From assembly GCF_009914755.1 (NCBI RefSeq), contig NC_060935.1: a stretch of DNA of 64,000 nt. One strand, written 5' to 3'. A program made the position numbers and the translations under genes. Origin of the DNA: the human T2T-CHM13v2.0 reference genome, Homo sapiens. The notes under the pieces were generated by a model that saw only the letters and a program-made list of their open reading frames with translations, was not told the origin of the DNA and did not search any database. The stretch's first letter is position 1. Each line of letters opens with the position of its first letter. Shown one piece after another: positions 12,824 to 26,359 of the stretch.

Positions 12824-15800
12824 CTGTGCCCAGCAGTGAGCGTCTTCTGCGGTCTGGTCAGGTTTTGCCACTGTGCTCAGCAGTGAGCGTCTTCTGCGGT
12901 CTGGTCAGGTTTTGCCACTGTGCTCAGCAGTGAGCGTCTTCTGCGGTCTGGTCAGGTTTTGCCACTGTGCTCAGCAGTGAGCGTCTTCTGCGGTCTGGTC
13001 AGGTTTTGCCACTGTGCTCAGCAGTGAGCGTCTTCTGCGGTCTGGTCAGGTTTTGCCACTGTGCTCAGCAGTGAGCGTCTTCTGCGGTCTGGTCAGGTTT
13101 TGCCACTGTGCTCAGCAGTGAGCGTCTTCTGCGGTCTGGTCAGGTTTTGCCACTGTGCTCAGCAGTGAGCGTCTTCTGCGGTCTGGTCAGGTTTTGCCAC
13201 TGTGCTCAGCAGTGAGCGTCTTCTGCGGTCTGGTCAGGTTTTGCCACTGTGCTCAGCAGTGAGCGTCTTCTGCGGTCTGGTCAGGTTTTGCCACTGTGCT
13301 CAGCAGTGAGCGTCTTCTGCGGTCTGGTCAGGTTTTGCCACTGTGCTCAGCAGTGAGCGTCTTCTGCGGTCTGGTCAGGTTTTGCCACTGTGCTCAGCAG
13401 TGAGCGTCTTCTGCGGTCTGGTCAGGTTTTGCCACTGTGCTCAGCAGTGAGCGTCTTCTGCGGTCTGGTCAGGTTTTGCCACTGTGCCCAGCAGTGAGCG
13501 TCTTCTGCGGGGTCTGGTCAGGTTTTGCCACTGTGCCCAGCAGTGAGCGTCTTCTGCGGGGTCTGGTCAGGTTTTGCCACTGTGCCCAGCAGTGAGCGTC
13601 TTCTGCGGTCTGGTCAGGTTTTGCCACTGTGCCCAGCAGTGAGCGTCTTCTGCGGTCTGGTCAGGTTTTGCCACTGTGCCCAGCAGTGAGCGTCTTCTGC
13701 GGTCTGGTCAGGTTTTGCCACTGTGCCCAGCAGTGAGCGTCTTCTGCGGTCTGGTCAGGTTTTGCCACTGTGCCCAGCAGTGAGCGTCTTCTGCGGTCTG
13801 GTCAGGTTTTGCCACTGTGCCCAGCAGTGAGCGTCTTCTGCGGTCTGGTCAGGTTTTGCCACTGTGCTCAGCAGTGAGCGTCTTCTGCGGTCTGGTCAGG
13901 TTTTGCCACTGTGCCCAGCAGTGAGCGTCTTCTGCGGTCTGGTCAGGTTTTGCCACTGTGCCCAGCAGTGAGCGTCTTCTGCGGTCTGGTCAGGTTTTGC
14001 CACTGTGCTCAGCAGTGAGCGTCTTCTGCGGGGTCTGGTCAGGTTTTGCCACTGTGCTCAGCAGTGAGCGTCTTCTGCGGGGTCTGGTCAGGTTTTGCCA
14101 CTGTGCTCAGCAGTGAGCGTCTTCTGCGGTCTGGTCAGGTTTTGCCACTGTGCTCAGCAGTGAGCGTCTTCTGCGGGGTCTGGTCAGGTTTTGCCACTGT
14201 GCCCAGCAGTGAGCGTCTTCTGCGGGGTCTGGTCAGGTTTTGCCACTGTGCCCAGCAGTGAGCGTCTTCTGCGGTCTGGTCAGGTTTTGCCACTGTGCCC
14301 AGCAGTGAGCGTCTTCTGCGGTCTGGTCAGGTTTTGCCACTGTGCTCAGCAGTGAGCGTCTTCTGCGGTCTGGTCAGGTTTTGCCACTGTGCTCAGCAGT
14401 GAGCGTCTTCTGCGGTCTGGTCAGGTTTTGCCACTGTGCCCAGCAGTGAGCGTCTTCTGCGGTCTGGTCAGGTTTTGCCACTGTGCCCAGCAGTGAGCGT
14501 CTTCTGCGGGGTCTGGTCAGGTTTTGCCACTGTGCCCAGCAGTGAGCGTCTTCTGCGGTCTGGTCAGGTTTTGCCACTGTGCCCAGCAGTGAGCGTCTTC
14601 TGCGGTCTGGTCAGGTTTTGCCACTGTGCCCAGCAGTGAGCGTCTTCTGCGGTCTGGTCAGGTTTTGCCACTGTGCCCAGCAGTGAGCGTCTTCTGCGGT
14701 CTGGTCAGGTTTTGCCACTGTGCCCAGCAGTGAGCGTCTTCTGCGGTCTGGTCAGGTTTTGCCACTGTGCCCAGCAGTGAGCGTCTTCTGCGGTCTGGTC
14801 AGGTTTTGCCACTGTGCCCAGCAGTGAGCGTCTTCTGCGGTCTGGTCAGGTTTTGCCACTGTGCCCAGCAGTGAGCGTCTTCTGCGGTCTGGTCAGGTTT
14901 TGCCACTGTGCCCAGCAGTGAGCGTCTTCTGCGGTCTGGTCAGGTTTTGCCACTGTGCCCAGCAGTGAGCGTCTTCTGCGGTCTGGTCAGGTTTTGCCAC
15001 TGTGCCCAGCAGTGAGCGTCTTCTGCGGTCTGGTCAGGTTTTGCCACTGTGCCCAGCAGTGAGCGTCTTCTGCGGTCTGGTCAGGTTTTGCCACTGTGCC
15101 CAGCAGTGAGCGTCTTCTGCGGTCTGGTCAGGTTTTGCCACTGTGCCCAGCAGTGAGCGTCTTCTGCGGTCTGGTCAGGTTTTGCCACTGTGCCCAGCAG
15201 TGAGCGTCTTCTGCGGTCTGGTCAGGTTTTGCCACTGTGCCCAGCAGTGAGCGTCTTCTGCGGTCTGGTCAGGTTTTGCCACTGTGCCCAGCAGTGAGCG
15301 TCTTCTGCGGTCTGGTCAGGTTTTGCCACTGTGCCCAGCAGTGAGCGTCTTCTGCGGTCTGGTCAGGTTTTGCCACTGTGCCCAGCAGTGAGCGTCTTCT
15401 GCGGTCTGGTCAGGTTTTGCCACTGTGCTCAGCAGTGAGCGTCTTCTGCGGTCTGGTCAGGTTTTGCCACTGTGCCCAGCAGTGAGCGTCTTCTGCGGGG
15501 TCTGGTCAGGTTTTGCCACTGTGCCCAGCAGTGAGCGTCTTCTGCGGGGTCTGGTCAGGTTTTGCCACTGTGCCCAGCAGTGAGCGTCTTCTGCGGTCTG
15601 GTCAGGTTTTGCCACTGTGCCCAGCAGTGAGCGTCTTCTGCGGTCTGGTCAGGTTTTGCCACTGTGCCCAGCAGTGAGCGTCTTCTGCGGTCTGGTCAGG
15701 TTTTGCCACTGTGCTCAGCAGTGAGCGTCTTCTGCGGGGTCTGGTCAGGTTTTGCCACTGTGCCCAGCAGTGAGCGTCTTCTGCGGGGTCTGGTCAGGTT

Positions 15801-18800
15801 TTGCCACTGTGCCCAGCAGTGAGCGTCTTCTGCGGTCTGGTCAGGTTTTGCCACTGTGCCCAGCAGTGAGCGTCTTCTGCGGGGTCTGGTCAGGTTTTGC
15901 CACTGTGCCCAGCAGTGAGCGTCTTCTGCGGTCTGGTCAGGTTTTGCCACTGTGCCCAGCAGTGAGCGTCTTCTGCGGTCTGGTCAGGTTTTGCCACTGT
16001 GCCCAGCAGTGAGCGTCTTCTGCGGGGTCTGGTCAGGTTTTGCCACTGTGCCCAGCAGTGAGCGTCTTCTGCGGTCTGGTCAGGTTTTGCCACTGTGCCC
16101 AGCAGTGAGCGTCTTCTGCGGGGTCTGGTCAGGTTTTGCCACTGTGCTCAGCAGTGAGCGTCTTCTGCGGTCTGGTCAGGTTTTGCCACTGTGCCCAGCA
16201 GTGAGCGTCTTCTGCGGGGTCTGGTCAGGTTTTGCCACTGTGCCCAGCAGTGAGCGTCTTCTGCGGTCTGGTCAGGTTTTGCCACTGTGCCCAGCAGTGA
16301 GCGTCTTCTGCGGGGTCTGGTCAGGTTTTGCCACTGTGCCCAGCAGTGAGCGTCTTCTGCGGTCTGGTCAGGTTTTGCCACTGTGCCCAGCAGTGAGCGT
16401 CTTCTGCGGTCTGGTCAGGTTTTGCCACTGTGCCCAGCAGTGAGCGTCTTCTGCGGTCTGGTCAGGTTTTGCCACTGTGCCCAGCAGTGAGCGTCTTCTG
16501 CGGTCTGGTCAGGTTTTGCCACTGTGCCCAGCAGTGAGCGTCTTCTGCGGTCTGGTCAGGTTTTGCCACTGTGCCCAGCAGTGAGCGTCTTCTGCGGTCT
16601 GGTCAGGTTTTGCCACTGTGCCCAGCAGTGAGCGTCTTCTGCGGTCTGGTCAGGTTTTGCCACTGTGCCCAGCAGTGAGCGTCTTCTGCGGTCTGGTCAG
16701 GTTTTGCCACTGTGCCCAGCAGTGAGCGTCTTCTGCGGTCTGGTCAGGTTTTGCCACTGTGCCCAGCAGTGAGCGTCTTCTGCGGGGTCTGGTCAGGTTT
16801 TGCCACTGTGCTCAGCAGTGAGCGTCTTCTGCGGTCTGGTCAGGTTTTGCCACTGTGCTCAGCAGTGAGCGTCTTCTGCGGGGTCTGGTCAGGTTTTGCC
16901 ACTGTGCTCAGCAGTGAGCGTCTTCTGCGGGGTCTGGTCAGGTTTTGCCACTGTGCTCAGCAGTGAGCGTCTTCTGCGGTCTGGTCAGGTTTTGCCACTG
17001 TGCCCAGCAGTGAGCGTCTTCTGCGGGGTCTGGTCAGGTTTTGCCACTGTGCCCAGCAGTGAGCGTCTTCTGCGGTCTGGTCAGGTTTTGCCACTGTGCC
17101 CAGCAGTGAGCGTCTTCTGCGGTCTGGTCAGGTTTTGCCACTGTGCCCAGCAGTGAGCGTCTTCTGCGGTCTGGTCAGGTTTTGCCACTGTGCCCAGCAG
17201 TGAGCGTCTTCTGCGGTCTGGTCAGGTTTTGCCACTGTGCCCAGCAGTGAGCGTCTTCTGCGGTCTGGTCAGGTTTTGCCACTGTGCCCAGCAGTGAGCG
17301 TCTTCTGCGGTCTGGTCAGGTTTTGCCACTGTGCCCAGCAGTGAGCGTCTTCTGCGGTCTGGTCAGGTTTTGCCACTGTGCCCAGCAGTGAGCGTCTTCT
17401 GCGGGGTCTGGTCAGGTTTTGCCACTGTGCCCAGCAGTGAGCGTCTTCTGCGGTCTGGTCAGGTTTTGCCACTGTGCCCAGCAGTGAGCGTCTTCTGCGG
17501 TCTGGTCAGGTTTTGCCACTGTGCCCAGCAGTGAGCGTCTTCTGCGGTCTGGTCAGGTTTTGCCACTGTGCCCAGCAGTGAGCGTCTTCTGCGGTCTGGT
17601 CAGGTTTTGCCACTGTGCCCAGCAGTGAGCGTCTTCTGCGGTCTGGTCAGGTTTTGCCACTGTGCCCAGCAGTGAGCGTCTTCTGCGGTCTGGTCAGGTT
17701 TTGCCACTGTGCCCAGCAGTGAGCGTCTTCTGCGGTCTGGTCAGGTTTTGCCACTGTGCCCAGCAGTGAGCGTCTTCTGCGGTCTGGTCAGGTTTTGCCA
17801 CTGTGCCCAGCAGTGAGCGTCTTCTGCGGTCTGGTCAGGTTTTGCCACTGTGCCCAGCAGTGAGCGTCTTCTGCGGTCTGGTCAGGTTTTGCCACTGTGC
17901 CCAGCAGTGAGCGTCTTCTGCGGGGTCTGGTCAGGTTTTGCCACTGTGCCCAGCAGTGAGCGTCTTCTGCGGTCTGGTCAGGTTTTGCCACTGTGCCCAG
18001 CAGTGAGCGTCTTCTGCGGTCTGGTCAGGTTTTGCCACTGTGCCCAGCAGTGAGCGTCTTCTGCGGTCTGGTCAGGTTTTGCCACTGTGCCCAGCAGTGA
18101 GCGTCTTCTGCGGTCTGGTCAGGTTTTGCCACTGTGCCCAGCAGTGAGCGTCTTCTGCGGGGTCTGGTCAGGTTTTGCCACTGTGCCCAGCAGTGAGCGT
18201 CTTCTGCGGGGTCTGGTCAGGTTTTGCCACTGTGCCCAGCAGTGAGCGTCTTCTGCGGTCTGGTCAGGTTTTGCCACTGTGCCCAGCAGTGAGCGTCTTC
18301 TGCGGTCTGGTCAGGTTTTGCCACTGTGCCCAGCAGTGAGCGTCTTCTGCGGTCTGGTCAGGTTTTGCCACTGTGCCCAGCAGTGAGCGTCTTCTGCGGT
18401 CTGGTCAGGTTTTGCCACTGTGCCCAGCAGTGAGCGTCTTCTGCGGTCTGGTCAGGTTTTGCCACTGTGCCCAGCAGTGAGCGTCTTCTGCGGTCTGGTC
18501 AGGTTTTGCCACTGTGCCCAGCAGTGAGCGTCTTCTGCGGTCTGGTCAGGTTTTGCCACTGTGCCCAGCAGTGAGCGTCTTCTGCGGTCTGGTCAGGTTT
18601 TGCCACTGTGCCCAGCAGTGAGCGTCTTCTGCGGTCTGGTCAGGTTTTGCCACTGTGCCCAGCAGTGAGCGTCTTCTGCGGTCTGGTCAGGTTTTGCCAC
18701 TGTGCCCAGCAGTGAGCGTCTTCTGCGGTCTGGTCAGGTTTTGCCACTGTGCCCAGCAGTGAGCGTCTTCTGCGGTCTGGTCAGGTTTTGCCACTGTGCC

Positions 18801-19455
18801 CAGCAGTGAGCGTCTTCTGCGGTCTGGTCAGGTTTTGCCACTGTGCCCAGCAGTGAGCGTCTTCTGCGGTCTGGTCAGGTTTTGCCACTGTGCCCAGCAG
18901 TGAGCGTCTTCTGCGGTCTGGTCAGGTTTTGCCACTGTGCTCAGCAGTGAGCGTCTTCTGCGGTCTGGTCAGGTTTTGCCACTGTGCTCAGCAGTGAGCG
19001 TCTTCTGCGGTCTGGTCAGGTTTTGCCACTGTGCTCAGCAGTGAGCGTCTTCTGCGGTCTGGTCAGGTTTTGCCACTGTGCTCAGCAGTGAGCGTCTTCT
19101 GCGGTCTGGTCGGGTTTTGCCACTGTGCTCAGCGGTGAGCGTCTTCTGCGGTCTGGTCGGGTTTTGCCACTGTGCCCAGCGGTGAGCGTCTTCTGCGGTC
19201 TGGTCGGGTTTTGCCACTGTGCCCAGCGGTGAGCGTCTTCTGCGGTCTGGTCGGGTTTTGCCACTGTGCTCAGCGGTGAGCGTCTTCTGCGGTCTGGTCG
19301 GGTTTTGCCACTGTGCCCAGCGGTGAGCGTCTTCTGCGGTCTGGTCGGGTTTTGCCACTGTGCTCAGCGGTGAGCGTCTTCTGCGGTCTGGTCGGGTTTT
19401 GCCACTGTGCTCAGCGGTGAGCGTCTTCTGCGGTCTGGTCAGGTTTTGCCACTGT
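12824..19455. repeat. Large 47-bp VNTR, about 140 copies (CTGTGCYCAGCAGTGAGCGTCTTCTGCGG[GG]TCTGGTCAGGTTTTGCCA)
   Basis: Near-perfect tandem array of 6632 bp with 47- and 49-bp variant units. Confidence 0.98.
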
Positions 19456-20587
19456 CTAACAGCTGCCCTGTGCCCTTGGTGGCTGTGCCCTAATGACTCC
19501 CCTCCTGTTTGGGGCCATCTTTTGTGAAAATGCAGAGCCACCAGGGCTTCGTCACCTACCCTGGGAATGCTGTCCCGGTGCCCTTGGGGGCTTTGACCAC
19601 AGCCTCCCTCCTGCTTCACCCCTGCACCCTCATGATGCCCTGGGGCAGGGTGTGGGCCCTTCATCCTTTGGGGTCTCCTGAGGGTGCCTCATGCTGGGCA
19701 TTTCTGGGTCATTTCCTCCCTCCTTTGAGAGCCTCTGTCCTGGCCTCCGGCTGCATCCTCCCAGGAGTTTGTCCTGAGGGTTTTTAGGGGCTCCATGCCC
19801 TTCGGACCAGAGGCTTTTGTCACGGACCACGCCTTAGCCTTGCAGCCAGGTTTGGGGGACATTGAGCTCTTGCTCCTTTCCGTGTGTGGGGCTGAGTCCT
19901 TCCTGCAGGGACCCCTGCCCCGGGATGCAGGCCAGCCTCGTGCCTGGGGAGGGATGCGCTGTGGGCGCCTCCAGCCGCCCTGGATTATGGATGAAGGGCT
20001 CTAGGCCCTCCTGAGTGCTCCTCCGGCTGAGCGAATCACAAGCCTTGTGCTGGATCAAAGGCCTTCAGGGAGAAGCAGCTCTTCCTCCATGAGCACACCC
20101 TGCCGAGGCCACCCCCCACCCCTGGCACTGGGCTCCCCTCTGTGCCCAGCCTGTGTCACTGCCCGGCCTGCAGCTCCCCCTGCCTCTGGGGAAGCCCGCT
20201 TCTTCGGCAAGGTCCTGGGTCCCCCACCCGGCCTGGGCTCACCCAGATCCAGGCGTGACGCCACACAGATGAAACTGACGGAAAGGGCAAAATAAAGCTA
20301 AAAGCCGATGGGGCCGGGGGAATGGAGGTTTGACGCGTGAGACAAAGGATTAATTTCCCAAAAAAATCAAAGGGCTCTTGCAAATTGGTAAGAAAATGCA
20401 CACATGTGCGTGCACCAGGATAAAAACGAGAACAGGAAAGGAGCCCAGAGCACACCCACACGGTCAGTAAACACCGGTGACGTCCCGCGGGTCAACAGGG
20501 CGAGGCCGAGTCTGGGTGAAATTTGAGCACAGCGCGTGCACGGAAGGATGGCGGCCACTAAAGCCCAGTGGGAATGCCAGCCAGGAT

Positions 20588-21071
20588 CTGGGTGTCTGGG
20601 CGCACCTAGGAGTGGGGTCCCCTGTGATAACCTGGGCCGGCTCTGCGTGTCTGGGGGCACCTAGGAGTGGGGTCCCCTGTGATAATATGGGCCGGCTCTG
20701 CGTGTCTGGGGGCACCTAGGAGTGGGGTCCCCTGTGATAATATGGGCCAGGATCTGCGTGTCTGGGGGCACCTAGGAGTGGGGTCCCCTGTGATAACCTG
20801 GGCCGGCTCTGGGTGTCGGCGCACCCAGGAGTGGGGTCCCCTGTGATAACCTGGGCCGGCTCTGGGTGTCTGGGGGCACCCAGGAGTGGGGTCCCCTGTG
20901 ATAACCTGGGCCGGCTCTGGGTGTCTGGGGGCACCCAGGAGTGGGGTCCTCTGTGATAACCTGGGCCGGCTCTGGGTGTCTGGGGGCACCTAGGAGTGGG
21001 GTCCCCGTGATAACCTGGGCCGGCTCTGGGTGTCTGGGCGCACCTAGGATTGGGGTCCCCTGTGATAACCT
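20588..21071. repeat. 55-bp minisatellite, about 9 copies, each with TGATAA
   Basis: CTGGGTGTCTGGGGGCACCTAGGAGTGGGGTCCCCTGTGATAACCTGGGCCGGCT repeated. Confidence 0.92.
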
Positions 21072-21493
21072 GATCCCCCCATGGTTCCAACATGCCCCAA
21101 CATGGAATGGCACATGAGTGCGCCTGAGGACCTTTGATGGTAGGAAAGGGCCTGGGTTGTGGGCTCCTGGGGGCATCTCCAGTGTCAAGGCCACAGCTCA
21201 GGCCAGGTGGGGCTCAGGGGTGTGGCCGGGCTGTCCTGGGCAGGGGCAAGTATCTGGCTGTGAAAAGAGTGGGGAGAGGAGAAAGGGAGGGTGGGCCGAG
21301 GCGCGGAGGGGGACCGGGACCGTGTGCCCAGCCAAGGCACATTCCCAGAGCACCCTGCCTGCCTTTTAGGTGGGTCTGGGAAGGAAGGGGCTGCCGGGCC
21401 GTGGAGGTCTAGGGCAGTGCTGCCTGGGGAGCTACCTGGGGCCCGTCCTGGTGTCCTGGGGTGAACACAGGGCCGGGGCTCAGGTGCAGAGCA

Positions 21494-22055
21494 TCTCAGC
21501 AGAGGAGGGGTGCCGGTGGGGGTCTCAGCGGAGGAGGGGTGCCGGTGCATGTCTCAGCGGAGGAGGGGTGCCGGTGGGGGTCTCAGCGGAGGAGGGGTGC
21601 CGGTGGGGGTCTCAGCGGAGGAGGGGTGCCGGTGGGGGTCTCGGCGGAGGAGGGGTGCCGGTGGGGGTCTCGGCGGAGGAGGGGTGCCGGTGGGGGTCTC
21701 GGCGGAGGAGGGGTGCCGGTGGGGGTCTCGGCGGAGGAGGGGTGCCGGTGGGGGTCTCGGCGGAGGAGGGGTGCCGGTGGGGGTCTCGGCGGAGGAGGGG
21801 TGCCGGTGGGGGTCTCGGCGGAGGAGGGGTGCCGGTGGGGGTCTCGGCGGAGGAGGGGTGCCGGTGGGGGTCTCGGCGGAGGAGGGGTGCCGGTGGGGGT
21901 CTCGGCGGAGGAGGGGTGCCGGTGGGGGTCTCGGCGGAGGAGGGGTGCCGGTGGGGGTCTCGGCGGAGGAGGGGTGCCGGTGGGGGTCTCGGCGGAGGAG
22001 GGGTGCCGGTGGGGGTCTCGGCGGAGGAGGGGTGTCGGTGGGGGTCTCGGCGGAG
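21494..22055. repeat. 29-bp G-rich CpG minisatellite, about 19 copies (GGCGGAGGAGGGGTGCCGGTGGGGGTCTC)
   Basis: Direct periodicity; source of the long repetitive ORFs here. Confidence 0.95.
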
Positions 22056-22181
22056 GGCTGCGGCTGAGGTATCTCTGCAGAAGGCTGCAGGTGGGGGTCT
22101 CGGCAGGGTGTGCGGGGGACAGCCTTCTTGGGCCAGGCAGGCACCTCGAGGGCACCCTGGCTCCCAGCTGAGGGTGGCTGA

Positions 22182-22733
<552 letters not shown>

Positions 22734-24460
22734 TAGGGTGCCTTTGCTCTTGCTCCTCCCTCCAGCCCTGCCCACCTTTCTCCTGCCTCCAAGCAGAGTG
22801 GGCACCCCTGAGGGGACAGGCTGCAGCTGGGCAGTTCAGTTGCTGCAGGACCTGCTGTGCTAGCAGGCGGGGCTTCAGTGTTCCCAGCTAGAATGGAGAG
22901 GAGTTCCCTGCCTCAGAGCACCCCTCTCCTACCAGGGCACAGCTTGGCAGAGGGGAGCTGCACCTTCCTCTTCCACTGGGGCCTGGCCTCCGTCGGCTCC
23001 ATCCGGTGGTGTCTGGTCACCATGGAGACCAGGCAGGCCCCCTGGGTGGAGGGTTTCTGGGCTGTGACCCACCTCTCAGTGGGGAGGGGGCGGCCCCGGC
23101 TGCTGGGAAGCCTGACCCTGGGTGTAGAGGAAGAGGCTGGGGCTCCCAGCTGCTCCGGGTCCCACCCACAGTGGGACCTGGGCTGGCAGCGTGCGACCCT
23201 CCCAGCACTGGGGCCAGTCGAGCCCCCTCCTCTCCCTTCCTCTCCATTCGCTCCTTGGCATGCAGGGCTGCGGGTGGGGCAGGACCCGGGGACGAGGCCA
23301 GTGGGAGTGGCCAAGAGAGGGGAGGCTTGTGGAAGGTGCTGAGGGTTGGGGACTGTGACATGTTGGGCACCCCCCAGCTGCTGGGGTGTGGAGGAATTAA
23401 CCAGACTAAACTGGGGAGGCCTGGGGACCCTATGGGGAGGTGGGGGTGGGGTTAAGGGCTGCTGAGGGCTGCCTGGATGGGGCTGGCAGGGTCCCACCCT
23501 GCCTTGGAGGAGAAACAGAGGCCCTGGGAGTGATGGGGCCAGGACAGCGCCTGGCAGAGAGATCCAGTGTGGGGCGTAGCTGGGGAGAGTCCCATGCTGA
23601 ATTTGGGAGGTGCCTGTGAGCCCCGACTAAAGGAGGGCCTGGGGATGCGGGAAAGGGGAGGTGTCCCTGTCACCTGCAGGCGCTGTGCACAGATGTCCGC
23701 CTGGGAGGGAAGGACTTGGGGACAGGCTGGCCAACTCGCCAGGGCTGGGACCCCATCACAAGACTGGCCCTAGCTCCAAAGCCTGGTCCACGCTGGCTCC
23801 TGAGGGCTGGGACCCCAGGCCGTGGCCTCACTGGCCCCACCACTGACACGGCCACTTCTTTGTGCTGGGCGGAGCACCAGCTGCCCGTGGCCAGGCTTGC
23901 ATGTCTGAGGGAGGGGGCCCTGCCCTTACCTTGGAGCAGGACTGGGTGTCCTGAGTCAGGTGCCCTCTGGGGTCACTTCTGCCCCTCCCTGGGGCCCTCC
24001 CCACTTGGGGGACAGTACCAGCTGGGAGCCTGTGGATGGGGGGCACGTGCCCTGCCCACGGCCTGCACACCTACTGTATGTCCCACACACAACAGGATGC
24101 CTGCCCCCACCTCATGGGGCCCACAGAGGCCTGTCCCGGCCCCTCCTCCTGTGAGGCCTCCACCGTAAGGAAGGGCGGAGCCCAGGCACAGCCTGCCTGG
24201 AAGGGCCCTGCATCCGACTGGCTGGGAGCCTGGGAGGCCTTATCTCCAACAGCTCCAGGCCCCATTCCTGAGGCTGGGCTCACAGAGAGGCCCAGGCTGC
24301 CTGCCTTCCTGGGCAGTGTGGGGAGGGGCCCTCCTGCTCCAGGGGCCCCCAGTCCTCAGCCCTACAGGCTGGTGTCAGCCCGGCGGCCTGGGCTCCCTCC
24401 ACTGAGGCCCCTGCCCTCTGCCCTCTCCACCAGCCAGGGCCCCAGCTGAGCAGCCCACGT

Positions 24461-24677
24461 CCCTGCATCCCCCACAGCTGGCACCAAAGGCCCCTGCGTC
24501 CCCCACAGCTGGCACCAAAGGCCCCTGCGTCCCCCACAGCTGGCACCAAAGGCCCCTGCGTCCCCCACAGCTGGCACCAAAGGCCCCTGCGTCCCCCACA
24601 GCTGGCACCAAAGGCCCCTGCGACCCCCACAGCTGGCACCAAAGGCCCCTGCGACCCCCACAGCTGGCACCAAAGGC
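24461..24677. repeat. 31-bp minisatellite, 7 copies (CCCCTGCGTCCCCCACAGCTGGCACCAAAGG)
   Basis: Direct periodicity ending about 70 nt upstream of exon 3. Confidence 0.92.
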
Positions 24678-24721
24678 AGTGTCTGTGGGGAGCGATGCGT
24701 GCCCCAGCCCTGTGAGCGTGA

Positions 24722-24832
<111 letters not shown>

Positions 24833-26177
24833 TAGGTATTGCTGGGTCTGAAGAGCTGGGGTGGCGGAGGTGGCAGCTGTCGCTGCAGGGGTGGGTGTCT
24901 GGGGCTTGGGGAGCACAGGGGCTGGAGGCCAGGGGCGCCTGCTGCATCCCAGCAGCCCTGGCCCTGCTAGCATGAACACCTGCCTGGGTAGGGTCTCAGC
25001 CCAGGCTGCTGTGGTCTCTGCTTCTGGACCAAACCGGAGACCTGGTCTGTGGAGGCTCGCAGAGCCACCAGCCTGAGGCTGGCAAGGGGGAACAGGACCT
25101 TCTGGAGGGGAGATAGGAGTTTCAGGGCAAGGGGCAGGAGCACCTGGCCCTCCCCACATGGCCACGCTGAGCCTCCTGGCCTCTGCCCAGGACGTCCCCA
25201 GCCCTGGGCAGTGAGCCATGTCTCTATCCCTGAGGCTCCCTCACATGAGGCACAGCCACCAGGATCCCGCCCTGGCTGGACCGTGGCTGAGTGTGGCTGA
25301 AAGTGTCACCTCCGCAGCCGCTGAGGCCAGCAGAAATCCCTACCCTGTCCCAGGCATGCCTGGCTGTGAACCCCATCCCCCCAGACCCAGCCTCAGGGAG
25401 CTCCTGGGAATGGGCACAGTGGTCACTCACGGCAGTCTCCTCTGTGTGCTCTGATGGGGCTTTCTGACAGATGAGGCGCTGCTGCCCAAGGGCTGTCTGG
25501 CCTTGAGCCTCATCTGACCCTCGCTGGTCCCAGGGCGGCGGCGTGACCTGCCAGGTGATCCTAGCCGGGCATCTCTGAGGCATCAGGCTCTGAGGGAGCA
25601 GGGAACATACAGGGCTGGGCTGGGGGCTGCCCTCAGGGTGAGCTGGCTGAGGGCCTGGCTGAACCCAGCAGCTCCCCTTCCCCCAGCAGCAACGTCCACG
25701 CTTGCTCTGGCCTGGGTTTCTGCATTCTCGTGGGGAGCATGTGCAGGTGGCCAGCTCGTGTGTAGCTGGGGAGAGGAAACCCAGGGTTGGGGTGTGGGGA
25801 GCCCGCCTGCCCCACCATGAGCAGGGGCTCAGAAACTGTCACCAGAGGCCTGGGGGGGCGGGGGTGGTCCTGGCCCTGATGCTGGCAAGGTGGACTGTGA
25901 CAAGGGGCATGGCTTCCTCATGGTGACACGGTGCCGGTGCAGTGGGGTCCTGGGGAGGCCTTCTCGGAGGGGAGGGCAGGGGAGTGCGGGGGGGATGGGC
26001 ACAGCAGGCCAAGGCCCAAGAACAGGAAAGAGCCCAGGAGGTGGGCATGGCCGGGCTCGCGGCTTCTCCCGAGGTCTGGCCCTGGGTGTTGTCCCACCCC
26101 CTCTGGACACCATGTGGCCTATGCTGAGCCTTGGGCCTGGCCGCCCCCCTGCCCAGAATCCCACCCTGGCCCCCACC

Positions 26178-26359
26178 ACCTTCCCCTGCCCTGAGGGCTT
26201 CACACCTTCCTCTGCCCTGAGGGCTTCACACCTTCCCCTGCCCTGGGGGCTTCACACCCTCCCCTGCCCTGAGGGCTTCACACCTTCCCCTGCCCTGGGG
26301 GCTTCATATCTTCCCCTGCCCTGGGGGCTTCACACCTTCCCCTGCCCTGGGGGCTTCAC
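26178..26359. repeat. 26-bp tandem repeat, about 7 copies (CACACCTTCCCCTGCCCTGRGGGCTT)
   Basis: Direct periodicity. Confidence 0.88.

Noticed and set aside
11835-12871. Cys/Val- or His/Thr-rich ORFs of about 300 aa
   Set aside because: Translation of TG low-complexity sequence.
12824-19455. CRISPR-like or coding interpretation of the 47-bp array
   Set aside because: There are no unique spacers and the context is a eukaryotic intron. The ORFs arise only where 47/49-bp units shift frame around in-unit stops.
23542-23551. Perfect RE1 right half-site GGACAGCGCC
   Set aside because: No left half-site nearby; too short to support alone.
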